A stretch of DNA of 58,654 bases, filler included, from Porpidia crustulata (taxonomy: Eukaryota), in assembly GCA_964255105.1 (NCBI GenBank). It is 4 parts of 4 records of this genome, joined end to end, with 100 filler letters (N's around TTAATTAATTAA, not from the genome) between each part and the next. Parts side by side here need not be neighbours in the genome. Positions count along the whole stretch, not along the records: positions 29,425 to 44,016 come from CAXUWE010000370.1; positions 44,117 to 58,654 come from CAXUWE010000372.1; 2 more parts are not named here. One strand, 5' to 3'. The notes beneath the pieces were generated by a model. It saw only the letters and a program-made list of their open reading frames with translations, was not told the DNA's origin and did no database searches. The position numbers and the translations under genes were made by a program. Within the stretch, counting starts at the first letter, position 1. Every line of letters begins with the position of its first letter. Positions 37,161 to 49,600 of the stretch are shown one piece after another.

Positions 37161-38537
37161 ATCGCCGATAACAGTCCCAATGTGAGCATTGCGAAAAGTT
37201 CGGACGAAAGACGCCTGCCCACGCAATATTTCCTGAGACGTGGTCGGGATAACATCAGAGAGGTACCTTAGTACGGAGAACATGTTAGTGACACATACAC
37301 AAGGACGCACAGCCATAGGCTGCAGGCTACAGGACACTACATGGTTAATACCAGGAAAGGGTGTACGGGCTACAGACTACAGCGCGCGGGGATGAACGGA
37401 AGTCTGCCTGCCGCCGGGATAAGTTTGAAGTACAGAAGTAGCTCAATTATTATTATTAAGGCATTAGGGTACTACCTAAGTACCTTGCTAACTACCTATC
37501 ATTTCTGGAGCGGGAGTTCCGAGCGAGATCCAGACTTTCATGCCATGCGACCTGCATGCACTTGCCTTAGCCCGACCTCCCCCATCCGTTCCGCGCTTCT
37601 GGGAGGGCGATATGTCGCGACTCATGAGTTATGGCTCGAGACACGGAGGTGTTTAAATTCGTCTTGTGTCATAATACCTCGCCGACGTCCTGCCTGGTGA
37701 GTGGCGAGAGTCACAAAGATTGGGGACTCCTGGCTCCCGATTTCAGCGAACTATCCCAGCAATGCGACGATGGCGGCCAAGATGATCAGTACATTTGTCG
37801 CGATGAGTTTTGCGATATGTCCATCGATAATCATGGAACAATGCTGTGATTAGACGATTGACGTGCGATGAAGTGATAGTGAGAGGAGCACGTCCAGCGT
37901 GGCATCAGTGGCTAGCTCCAGTCCACCCGATGGGGTAATTCTTTTCCATCTCTCGCGCCTCGACCGTTCCTACTAGCCAATCTCCATCCACATCCAAGTA
38001 CCTACCCGCCGTACAGGTACACCCCCTCAAGCCCCATAGCACCGCGTTGACCAAGTTTGGCAACGATCGAAGAACGAACACATTTAAACAATCTTATTAT
38101 TCTTACTATTTATTGATTTAAGGGATGCCTGCATGTTGGTACTGTTGTCCAATCATGGGTCTCCTCGCATCGCCTATCTTGCATGTTCCTGTACTATCAT
38201 TGATGAGATGTTCATGCTGCTCTACCCGCGAGGAACGATTTCATGCCCCAGCGAGTACTAGTCGGAGCTGACTTGATGCCTGCGTTTCGACCACCCCACT
38301 CCAATTCGGCTTTCTTTTAGGATCATATGCACTGTGCCTCGATGATGTGTATCATGTATCACATCCTTGTCATGGATTTCAATCCTTCAAAGGCAGGGAT
38401 GTTGCTCACAGCGCAGTCCGTCCGTCATGTCTTCTGCTTTGTACTTTTGATAACCCACAGCCTGATCCGTCCCGAGGCGCTTTTCTCTCCATAATTTCCA
38501 AATCCTTCTCAAATAACACTGATGAGTATTGTACAAA

Positions 38538-40285
38538 ATGAAAAGTGCCATATCATTTTTCCTTTTCCTCAGTCTTACTGAACATGCTGCGGCCTCATCC
38601 CTAGGCCCATGCTCTCCAATTCAAGTACCCCTTAAGAATACAACGGTCACTGACCAGGTGTCGCGGCGGGGCATTGCTCTTCAAATTGGCACTCCTGCAC
38701 AAAGCCTGGCTTTCGAGGCAGTAGGGTTCGTCAACTATCTTTGGTACTCCCACCAGCGTGAGTTTCTCTTCTGCTAATATCTTCTAGTGCCTGGAACAAC
38801 ACCTATCTCTTTGACAGCTCCAGCCAATGTGACGGCAGTGACACGCCCATCAAGTGTGCTGCCGTTTGTGGAGGGTTCTTAGTTGAAAGCAGCTCTAGTT
38901 CCTGGAATCAAGCTGCTAATTTCGGTGCTTTGGGTACAGCATCAGAGCGTTTTCCCGATCATGGCAACGATATCCCCGGTAACGACACAATCCATCTCAA
39001 CTCCACGTTCTCTCTCCCGACCTTTCCTCTCGGGATCAACAGAGGACCAGGAGAACTACATGCCATGAACACGATAGGCCTGGGGGCCAACTCGACCCTT
39101 CTAAACACGTTACTATCTGTTCGAGCCATAGCTTCAAGGACGTGGGGCTTGTTCCACGGCTGGACTGGAGCAGAGTCGATGTACCAAATGGACGGTAGCC
39201 TTGTCCTTGGTGGCTATGATGCTGCAAAGGTGACAGGCAATAATATAACTATTCCATTTTCTTATGACCAGAATTGTCCGTCACACCTTTTAGTCACCAT
39301 TTCTGATATAAAGATGAACCTCAAAAACGGCTCGAACCCCAGCATAATTGGCACGTCAGCCGACTCAGCTTTTAAAGCCTGCATCCAGCCCGACTACCCC
39401 GTCATCACCCTCAACATGAGTATATGGCGTTCATTCCTTGGTGTGTCCGATGCTATTCCAATAGATCGCTCTCTAGGCATTAATTTCTTCGGGATGACCA
39501 TATCGGTCAATGGATCGTACGTTTCATATCCACAAAGCCAACTTCGTTCATTTCAAAACTAAAGTTTAGTCAGGTATGATGGTGACCTTACTATATCCAT
39601 AAAGGACGGACTTGATATCAGAATTCCGAACCATCAGCTTGTCATTCCAGATGTTGGTTTCAGCGAACAGGGCCAGCTGGTTATCAACAATGGCAGTGTC
39701 GCTCGTGAAGTCTTAATAAACAGTCTCCAAGGTGTCAACCAAAACGACACGCCCATCTTGGGCAAAGCTTTCCTAACATCAGCATACCTCCTTGTCGATA
39801 ACGACCGTAGCCAATTTAGTCTCTGGAGTAGCAATGCGACAACAAATCAGAATTTGGTTGCTGTGGGTTCATCTTCTTGCGCAATTTCACCACCAGATCC
39901 TACTTCATCTTCCACATCGACCACATCCACAGCTCCTCCCGTGGCTTCAAGCGCAAATCCTATAGAGCCAAGTCGTCCGGTTCCCAAGGGGGCAATCGCC
40001 GGCGGAGTGGTCGGTGGGCTAGCTCTCGTTGCCTTTGCCGCCGTAGCGATTATATTGATTGCTAGGCGACGAGCCACTCGAGTGAAGAATGAGGCTGCAA
40101 TCAGCAAGGATTCGGACACCAAGCCTCCTCCAGGCCTCGAAGACTCGGGCACCTTTGCTTACGAAGCGGAAATGCCTGTAAATGAGCATACGGCGCAAGA
40201 GATGCCTCTTGCTCAGAACCAGGACTATACACTGGCTCCTTATGAGATGCCAGCAACGCGTCCGCGCCACGAGCTATCTTCGTAA
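38538..40285 (+). CDS. Secreted, membrane-anchored pepsin-like (A1) aspartic-peptidase-domain protein, apparently non-catalytic
   Basis: Signal peptide, IGTPAQ, IGLGANS, DGSLVLGGYDAAK, ILGKAFLTSAYLLVD, S/T linker and TM GAIAGGVVGGLALVAF. Introns 38726-38787 and 39517-39573. Confidence 0.88.
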
Positions 40286-42478
40286 TGTTATCTATCGGAA
40301 TGTGGTGTTTTCAATTTCTCGGGGTAATTATGAAGTAATGTGCATAAATATATATATGTGCTGTTTATTTGGAAAAATTATATAAGTTAAATAAATTATA
40401 TAAACCAGGGAGCTGATTAGACATAGTACGCACTTTTGGGCAGGTCCGAACTCCGGAGTTCCACCTATACGGACAAAGAATCAATGTACTTAATGTAGCC
40501 TGGGATTGATACCAGAAAATTTCTGAAGCCTGTTCGTCTGCATAACTCGTACCACTTGACTCCCACAATGACCTCCAATCTCCATGACTATCAGTGACTA
40601 AACGCACAAACCGCAAAATGACCGGAAGCAATCATGAGAACTTTTCCAAAGCGATACGTGATCAATTCCGGAGCCGACAGGTCAACCGCAGAACCTTTTG
40701 TTGTGAGATGGGAATCCTCAAGTAATCGGGATACTTCGAGCGTATCACATTGGGCAATCTCCTTACGTGCGAGGCAGACATCTACTAGATCTCGCGGTTG
40801 CTAAGAGGTGCTGGTAGGGCACAATGGAGTTGCAACGAGAAATTGTCAAAGTACTGCCTCCGTCCGATCTGCCAAGAATAATAGTTGCGAGAGCTGTTCG
40901 ATCGCAGTACATTAGACGAGTCTAGATATCCCAATGACTTTTGTCCGTCGTGGAGATCAATGGGATTGCACATACACATATCGCCATGCACATAATTCTG
41001 CCTCCTCTCCAACATCATTGCATGGTAAGGAAAAGAAGCGGTGAGATCCTGTCGCTTTGATCTTCCTGATGAGTCAAACGGCTCCTCGAGTCACCAGTCA
41101 ATATATCGCTTACCGAGCGCGGAAACCCCACGATTGGCCCATGGGGCTTGCCGACACTAGAAGCCATGCCTGCACTGCATTGTCAGTGAGGAATATAATT
41201 CGCGTCCCTTGGATGTCTGGGGGATAAGTCAGTGGCGCAGTAAGGTCAAGGCTCCTTGATGCCTGATGATTGCGTTCAGTGTGACTCCTTCGTAGATGCA
41301 CTTTCGGGAAAAAGCAATTGTTTATCGAATGCGGGAGACCCAGCCTGCTCGAATGCGTGTCTATATGAAGCAAGAAATTTTCCTTCGTTCCTCCGTCATC
41401 GCGGCAGTCTTACCATAGCTCTATCCCCCTCAAAGCGCAGCAGATCCAATAGACAAGACCCGGACCTCTGCTCCACCTGCACCTATAGCCCTTCCTCTAG
41501 CAGTGCCCACAATCCATCCCAAATCTCAAAATGCCTCTCGGATTCCCAGGGTTCCGCCATGACCCTACCGCTCCCGTGAACCCCATTTACACCACACAAC
41601 CACGCAAGTGGGCCGCAGCATCGCCCCCACCGTATCGAGACTCACCACCAGAGCGGTCGCTGCCGAGATACACGGACAAGGAGGAGTCGAAGACGGGGAG
41701 GGAGAAGGATGCTGCGAAAGCGAAAGGTGAGGGTTTCGTCGTTTTTTGGTAACGTACATTGGGATAAGACAGATTAGATGGTAGGAACTTAATGAGAGGG
41801 AGATATAGGGTATGGAGGGATCAAGAACTTTGAGCGATGGGCTTCTAGTGTCCGAAGGCATTGCGATGTGGTCCTCGGTTTTTCGCAACTTTCTCAAACT
41901 TGCTGCAACTGTGGGACGGGATTCGTACACGTGCCAGTATTCGTTGTGCAAGAGATGTTTCTTTAAGAGATATGACAAATGAAAAATGAAAATTAAACAC
42001 TGACGATTGGAATTTTCATTCCTCTCAATTGATGATGAAATCAAGCCTGACCATCTCATATATTTAGTATTGTACGAAATCGTATTGCTCTCACAGCCTT
42101 CGCATTCTCTTGAACATCATCACGACTTTTGAAGACATCTGGATTCACGAAATGTATCAAATTGACTGTAGATGACGAGTTGACCGACAATGACAAATGG
42201 ACAAACGACTTGATGAATTTAACATCGGATTGAGAATGTTTAGAAAGAGACAAAATTGATAGGGAAGTCTCTAATTGTTTTAGCGCTGACTGCTTTCTGA
42301 CGTCATAAACGGCATAAACGGCGTGCGTTACGAGGCATCCGTCAACACGCATCCGCGACGACTGCCTACTTATCTAGCAATTCTCACTGCTGTCGTCTTT
42401 GTGGTAACACCAAGAGGAGAAACGAAAACTCCTCAAGACTATCGCTTTATCTCCCCGCTTCGTCAAGCACACACAACC

Positions 42479-43321
42479 ATGTCGTCCCCCGACGAACCCG
42501 AACAAGAAGTCATCAACCACCTCCAAGCCTACCTCGCCGCGGAATCCCCCCTCTCCGCCACCATCTCCGCCCTTGCCGAACCTATCGAACGCGCCTACAC
42601 CGCCGGTGACATCCAGACCCCACAAAATCCCCACGGTCGCAGCACCGAAGGCCGCCTCTGGACCCTCTGGTACGGCATCCTCCGCCTCGCCAAAGAAACC
42701 CTGCACACCGACTCCTCCGCGCAAAACTCCCTTGTCCGCCTCCTCGCTGCCCTCAAAGCCCGCCTCAACCCCCCGCGGCCACAAAACCGCACGGATCTGC
42801 GGTCCAACTGGATCTGGCACGGCTCCGGCGAGCTATGGTCCGACCTCATCGTGTTCGGCCCCAGCGTGCGCGAGACGTGGAACGATATACCCGTTGGGCG
42901 CAACCAGAATATGACGGCGGAGCAGTGGACGAATCTGAACGCGTTCGTGGCCCGCGTGAGTGCCGCGGGGATGAGGGATTTCTCACTCTACGCGATCTGG
43001 TCCATGCGGGGCACGCTGGAGACGGATGTCGCGGCGGACCCGTTGGATAATCTGCTTCCGGCGTCGGCAGCCTGGATCCTCTACGCCGGGAAACAGCTGT
43101 ACAACAGCGACCAGGAGTGGCTCCCGGAACCAATGAAAGGCGATCCGGCCAGTGGGGGACCGCTTTGGGACGGGAAGCACGGGTTCTGCAAGGAGCGATG
43201 GGCGTTTTGGAAGAAGCGGTTTCGTGATGTCGAGGGCAGGAGGGATGGCGTCGGTCGGGAGACTAAGAGGATTGCGGCAGAGGCGGTGGCGGCGATGGAT
43301 GCCGTTGAGAGCGGGAGTTGA
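42479..43321 (+). CDS. DUF3632 family protein
   Basis: LWTLW, LVRLLAALKA, LWSDLIVFGPSVRETWN, WTNLNAFVAR, YAIWSMRGTLE, AAWILYAG and GFCKERWAFWKKRF. ATG at 42479. Confidence 0.88.
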   Translation: MSSPDEPEQEVINHLQAYLAAESPLSATISALAEPIERAYTAGDIQTPQNPHGRSTEGRLWTLWYGILRLAKETLHTDSSAQNSLVRLLAALKARLNPPRPQNRTDLRSNWIWHGSGELWSDLIVFGPSVRETWNDIPVGRNQNMTAEQWTNLNAFVARVSAAGMRDFSLYAIWSMRGTLETDVAADPLDNLLPASAAWILYAGKQLYNSDQEWLPEPMKGDPASGGPLWDGKHGFCKERWAFWKKRFRDVEGRRDGVGRETKRIAAEAVAAMDAVESGS

Positions 43322-44016
43322 AAATTGTTCAGCGGTGTGGAATTGAATGGGCGACGGTCACGTCCATGCGCCAGCTCTCGACGAGCAGGATAACAAAAAA
43401 ATTCACTCAACCCCCCTACAACCGATCCCCCATCATAACACTCTCGACCGCCAACCCCGAAAAAGCGAACGGGACCTCACGCCGCATGGAGAAGGAGCTT
43501 GCGTCGCGGCATGTGATAGTTCGGACAGTGACGTATTGATGGGCTGATGTGGCTGTTCAGGCAGTAGAGACTGTGGAGGCGATGAAGGCGATGGAGGCCG
43601 CGGAAGCAACAGATGTAACGATGACGTTGAAGCCTCTATAGGACATTAAAATAACGAAGACAATGAGAACGATATAATGAATAAAGAAACCACACGAAAA
43701 GAAAAACCCCCCGGGGGCAAACTTGATCCTAAGCCTAGAAGTGCAACTTCTTCCCATGCATTCTAAGATTGGAAAATCTGCGAAGCTGATGCATCACAGG
43801 GTGATGAAAAGTACAGGCATGATATTTTATCTGTTAACTTTTGTAAAATTCGTACACTTTGCTTAATTTTTAGCATTTTTGTATTTCTGGGTTTTCGTTT
43901 TTCAGATCAATCTATTTCTCTGACTCTTCATCTCAACTCGTTTGTACCTCCCTTACCCTTACTTCCCTAAGTCCTTCCTCAAGCACTTCCCCAAGCCCTT
44001 TATCCCCCTCCATCCT

Positions 44017-44116
44017 NNNNNNNNNNNNNNNNNNNNNNNNNNNNNNNNNNNNNNNNNNNNTTAATTAATTAANNNNNNNNNNNNNNNNNNNNNNNNNNNN
44101 NNNNNNNNNNNNNNNN
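44017..44116. other. Artificial contig-joining spacer
   Basis: 44 N + TTAATTAATTAA + 44 N. Confidence 0.99.
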
Positions 44117-45201
44117 AACATGACCTTATTCTCCGCCTGCGGCGTATTAACCGCATACCCCTTACTCCAATCATAACTCACACTGTACGCAAACACGGAG
44201 CCCGCGCGGTTGAAGCCCGTGGCGCCGATGGTGCCGCCAACCTCGGGGTAGCCCTTGAGGCGGTGCTTGGCGTCCTTGTCCCAGAAGTGGAAGGTGCCGT
44301 CGGAGCCGGCGGTGCTGAAGGTGCCGTGCACGGGGTGGAAGCTGATGGCGTTGACGGAGAAGACGTTGGAGACGTCGCGGGTGTTGGGCGGGGTTTGGCG
44401 GTGGCATTTGAAGCTGAAGTTGGCGGAGGAGTCTTTGTCTTCGACGTATTGGATCGCGCAGCGGCCTTCGATGCTGCCGACGGCGAAGCCCGAGGCGTCG
44501 CTGAAGCAGGAGACGACGCGGGTTTGCCATTTCAGCGGCGATTGCATGGTTTTGTAGATGTCGGTCGGTTTGTCGAGGTTGACGACGTTGATGTAGCGGT
44601 CCGCGGTCGCGATCACCAGGAGCTTGTCTTTGACGTCCATGCTGTAGACGCGCTCTTGGCAGGCGATCGAGGCCACCGCGGTCGATTGGCGCAGGTCCCA
44701 GTATTTGACGGTTTTGTCCCAGGAGCCCGTGACCAGGACGGGGGTCGCTTGGCCGGGGACGTCGACGAAGCGGGCGCAGCGGATGGGTTGGTCGTGCGCG
44801 GCGACTTGGACTGCGGTGACGCTGTTGGCTCCAAGGTCGAGGAGGCGAGCGGCTTTGTCTGCGCCGGCGCCGACGACTTTCGTGCCGTCCTAGGAAATTT
44901 TGAGAGGAGCTATGTATGTAGATTAGGGGATACATACCTTCGACCAGCAACAACTCAACACCGGCGCTTCGTGCTCAAAGAGAGCCTTTCCTTCGCTTCC
45001 TCCTTGGGCGTTGATCTCGTATATACGGACTTTCTTGTCCCATGATGCGACGGCTAAGTAGTCTTGGACTGGCGAGAATGATAGATCTGATATGCCATCT
45101 TCCGGAGGCGACGAGAGTGGGACATCTTTTGAAATGTCGCCGTTGGTATTGTTTGCAGAAGCTGCAGCCGTCGCAGCACTGCTGCCAAAGAGGCTTGACA
45201 T
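44117..45201 (-). CDS. RAE1: WD40 mRNA export factor Rae1/Gle2 (last few codons cut off by the contig end)
   Basis: AVASWDKKVRIYE; intron 44890-44937; SPLKWQTRVVSCF, GSIEGRCAIQYVE, FSFKCHR, TAGSDGTFHFWDKDAKHRLK and SYDWSKGY. Confidence 0.96.
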
Positions 45202-45460
45202 TGTTCGTCTGGTAACAAAAGGAAAAGGTATTATGATGGAGGGGAGCTCTCAGAGTCTTATACCATCCGCAAGACACACGGTAGCATTGTATACGATATC
45301 TGCCTTCGAGTCAACTCCAGGCTTCAAAGCTTCAACACCCGGCTAATCGCCAAATGCTCGATCAACCCGCGCTAGCACCCTCACCCCTGCCCTCTCGCTA
45401 AACCCTACAGCACCCAACGCAAAAAGCTCCAACCCTCCGCTTTCCCTTTCCCTCCTCATT

Positions 45461-45968
45461 CCTCGCTCAAAGAATCGCAGTCAAAGCTTACAAACAGATC
45501 CTCCCCGTCAAACGGGAAGCATCGCTACTGGCAAACACTGCTTTGGGAGAAAGTCCCCGGACTCCTCTTCCTCGCGAAGAGAATGCGGAAACGCGCCGCC
45601 ATAAAAGCAAACTTCGCGGCTTACCTTCCCTCCCACCTCCCTCACCCTCTTACCCCCTTCGCTCAGCCGCTCGCACTCCCTCTGTCGTCTCGCTCGGGCT
45701 TCGTTGGCTGGGTACGAACCGGAGATCACGTGGATGATCACTCGAGTCTGCGCTCCGGCTTTCGTGTCTGCTCGTGATGATTCGGGTGGGGTGCGGGGGG
45801 AGGAGGCTGGGGTTGCGGTGCTATGGTATGAGGAGAGGGAACCAGGTGGGTCAGAAGCAACTTTCGTCGAGTTGGATAGATATGCGATTGCCCCCTTCCC
45901 CCTGCCTACTCTTCGGAGTCGGCAAGGATGAAGGGGGTAACTCGATGGGGCTTATTCTTGAGGCGAGG
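45461..45968 (+). ncRNA. RNase MRP RNA gene
   Basis: CR-I GAAAGTCCCC (45549-45558) can pair with CR-V GGGGCTTA (45947-45954) to form P4. P1: cctcgctcaaagaat with attcttgaggcgagg. P2: tcgcagtc with gatatgcga. P3: aaagc-ttaca...gcttt. P19-like hairpin with a cUUCGg loop before CR-V. T5 run just downstream. End coordinates are approximate. Confidence 0.88.
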
Positions 45969-46633
45969 AGTCCCCAACTTTTTCCAGAGTCCGCTCTTGG
46001 GTCTCTCTTCTTTGCTTGGTTCTGTACCAGGAAATAGGAACGGAGCCAGCAGCAGGAGAGACGGCAAGTGATACTTGGTCAAACAGGTCGGACTTCAAGA
46101 TACTTGTTCAGGTGATGATATAACAATCATAGAGTCAAGCACTTAGGCGCTCCGCAGACCCTATGTGGTGTCGGACTGCCGCTGAAGACCACGATATGCG
46201 TTATGGTATCTGATGAACACGAAGGAAGCCACCGCTTCAACTTCGACGCATACATTGTGGTACAAGCGCATTCGTTATACTTTCATACAAAGGCTAGCTG
46301 GCAACAGATAAATTCCATCTTAATCACTGGTCTCGGGGCTATAAGAGCATTATAGTCATTCGAACAGTTGAAAAGGCCTTGATTTGCTCCTTGAATTGTT
46401 ATACGTACGCTACTACTTCGGACTCGGAAATACAATATCTTTGGTCGCACTTCTGAAAGCATTCAATTACAGCCATGCCATTGTCTTACTTGCCATCAGC
46501 CATCATAAGCACGTCGAGGGCATATCGGCAATGCTTTGACTCGTCAGTATAGCAACCACTGCAACTCCACGTCAGTCGTTCATGCCACGTAAGATGTAGA
46601 CTGTGACGACGTTTGGCATTACCCTCTTGAATA

Positions 46634-49600
46634 TCAGTAGTCGTCAAAGAGTACCTTCATTGCTATAATCTCTGTTAGCTTGACCGTCAAAACCAAAGAT
46701 ACAAAACCATACTTGACGGATACGGTATCCAATCACTCCAGTCCTCCTTCATATACACTTTTAAAACGCCACCTGCCATCTTGGACTTCGCTATAGTCTG
46801 TGGTCCAGGCGCCTTTCGCAGATTCTTGAGCCTTCCGAAAATGCGCAATTGGCTCGCCATAGACGTGAGCACAAGCGGGCGGCCTAGACAGGCATGTGGG
46901 CCAAAACCGAAATAGGGGTAGGAGTCCTCCGGCCGATCGACCTTGAATTTGGTAGGCTCATGGAAATGCTGGGGATCCATGTTCGCCGTCGACTGAGAAT
47001 GATTAATTAAACACGTAGACAAAAGTGAGACTGCTCGAACTTACAAAGTCAACAAAGATTGCGTCGTTTTTCCTGACTAGGATGGTCTTTGCCCCGTCCT
47101 TTATCTCTGCATAATCTACACCTACCCAGCGCAAAAGCCCATATGCAGGCGGTGCAAACCGGCACGCCTCGAGCACATATTTTTTCAAAGTCTCGAATGC
47201 ATCGGTAGACTCCAATTTTGATAGACTTTGGATCTTGGACCATTGAGGCTCGTATTCATCTGACAGAAAGAGGTCAAGTAATTGTGCAAACTGCCACGGG
47301 ATATCAGTCGAATTCGATATATTTAGTGCAGAACGTTCTGTTAATTGCTAGAGGTACCTACACACTGTGCTTGATCCGCGACCCCAGCTGTTGCGGTTGC
47401 CAAGACGATTGACACGACTTCTTCTACGCTTTTCCCGCCTTCGAAGAGCCTTTGGATCATGTGGGTGCCATAGTCACTTAAGATCCGCTCCCTATCACCC
47501 AGCCCAAGCAGAGCCTTGAAGCCCGCTGTTGGAGAGTCTGCCTTGACTGCTTTGCAAATATCACGCATAACAGTGCTTATTTTCTGGACACCCTGGGCGG
47601 CAGCAGCTCTCAGCTGGAAAGATTTGACTGGCTCTATGTCTAGGAAAATGGTGGCAAACGATGCCGCGAGATCGTCGTACAGCTCCTGCTCTGTGAATCC
47701 TTTTTGGGGGTTGGCCGAGGTTCTCAATGGAATATGGAAAAGATGAGCGATGAAGGTTGCATGAAGGATGTTGCCCACGCTGAAATGGTATCTTATTAGC
47801 CCGTTTTGTGGCAGAGTGTTCGCCTAATACTTACTCTCGCACAGCGTCAAGTTGGTAGATGTCCCTTAATTTATCACTGTTCTTGTGAATCAACGTTGAT
47901 GTAAAATCTTCATAGAATCGGCGAATCTCGTCCAGTCCTTTTTGGGGTCCATACAAAGCATTACTCACAAAGTTTCTTTGGTCAGTATTGGCCGGAGCAT
48001 CGCCGCTAAGCATATAATCATGACCGGTCAAGTAGGAAGTACGAGGGCCCCCTAAAATTTCATATAAGCATCCAGCACTCAGCTATCAAATAAGCAGTTC
48101 TTATTTTGACATACAAGGAACCTTGAATTGGACCTGGTCATTCAACACGCTCTGAACCCCTGACCAAGACAATACCGGCTGTGGAGGGCCGACGAAACTG
48201 GGTTTATCAAAGTCGTAGTCTGGCTCTTTCCCAAGTGACTGTAGGATAGAACGAGTCTTGTCTGGAACGGTGAAGGGGAACATGGCGTATACGGAGTTGA
48301 AGTGGTAGTACCCTGGAAAAGCTCTCATGATGAGTTTATAGATCACGTTTCCGCCCGCAACTCGAGGATCCGCAGAGACTTCGTTGTAGCCCCAGTTTGT
48401 GAGGGAAGCAGGGGTATAATCCTAAAAATACTCAGCCTAAATTTAGGCCGGAAGGACAAAAGGAATTCAAACATACTGTCGTGTAGAATCTGTCACCCCT
48501 GCTCAAAGCTACCGCGTCTGATAGGACTGTTTTGGATATTGTAAAGCCTGGACAGAGTCCTTGACCAACAACTCTTGGCTGCTTCGCTTCCTCAGCAACG
48601 ATTCCAGGGTAAAGCTTAACATAATCTGGGTTACTGTAGAGTGATTTCAATGACGCAGCAACATCTGGATCAGAATTTATGTCCGTGAAAGATGTATAAG
48701 GTTTGAGATTGAAGTGCTTCCGAAATTCATTCAAAGTCGCGACTTTCCAGCTTCTTGCCTGCTCGATCCCAAGTATCTCAACAGCTTTCAAGATTACCGG
48801 CACATTGCGGGCTCCAAACGCACCTAGACATTTGAATGAGTTTCCCTTAATGTCATGGTAGAAAGTACGCAGAAGGTTCAGAAAGGAACTCACCTGCAAC
48901 ATTCTCTGTACTCTCGGTGAGCATGTTCACAAGTGCGCTGTCTTCGAAGCTCCCTTGCGAATTCCGCTTCAGGCCTCCAAACACTCTCTCCTCGGGTTTT
49001 AAGGGAATCCTCGTCTGCCAGGCTCTTAGGCCCTTGATGAAATCCGACAAAGATAGCTTGCTAGGGTCCATATTGGGAAACAGTTCTCCGTAGAATCCTT
49101 GTGACCATTGGTCATCCCTGGCACTTACAGCTGCATGCCATCTGTATATAAGGTTGAATTCGACACTAACTTGGTTCCCCGTTGCACTAGGAATTTCAGT
49201 CATCTCATATGTCTTGCGTGGGTCAACGTTCCAAGTTGTGTTGCGACGATTCAGGTTGAGTATAGTCCGGACGTAGTCGCCGAGGATAATGTTGACGTAA
49301 AGTCCACAAGTTACACTGGGATTAAAATATCAGCGACTGTAATACGTGATGAGTATATCTTAGGGTGCATACAGTCTTCCAACTTGGAATAAGTCATTGT
49401 CATGTTTGCGAAAAGCAGCTGCATAAGGCTCTTCCTGGGATTGGCTTATTTCAGATGGAATACTAAACCTCCCAGACTCGTTAATCTCTGCCAATTCTTT
49501 GACAACGTAATTGTGAAACCGGTTGAAGGAAACGAGCAGAGCACAAACACCGGGAGGAAATCCCAATATTCGTATTTCAGAGAAAGCGTCTGGCTTCAGT

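Noticed and set aside
44171..45045. Long overlapping 260-aa ORFs on both strands
   Set aside because: Shadow frames of the GC-rich RAE1 exon.
45508..46037. Several 64-87 aa ORFs
   Set aside because: They overlap the RNase MRP RNA gene and have no protein-like motifs.
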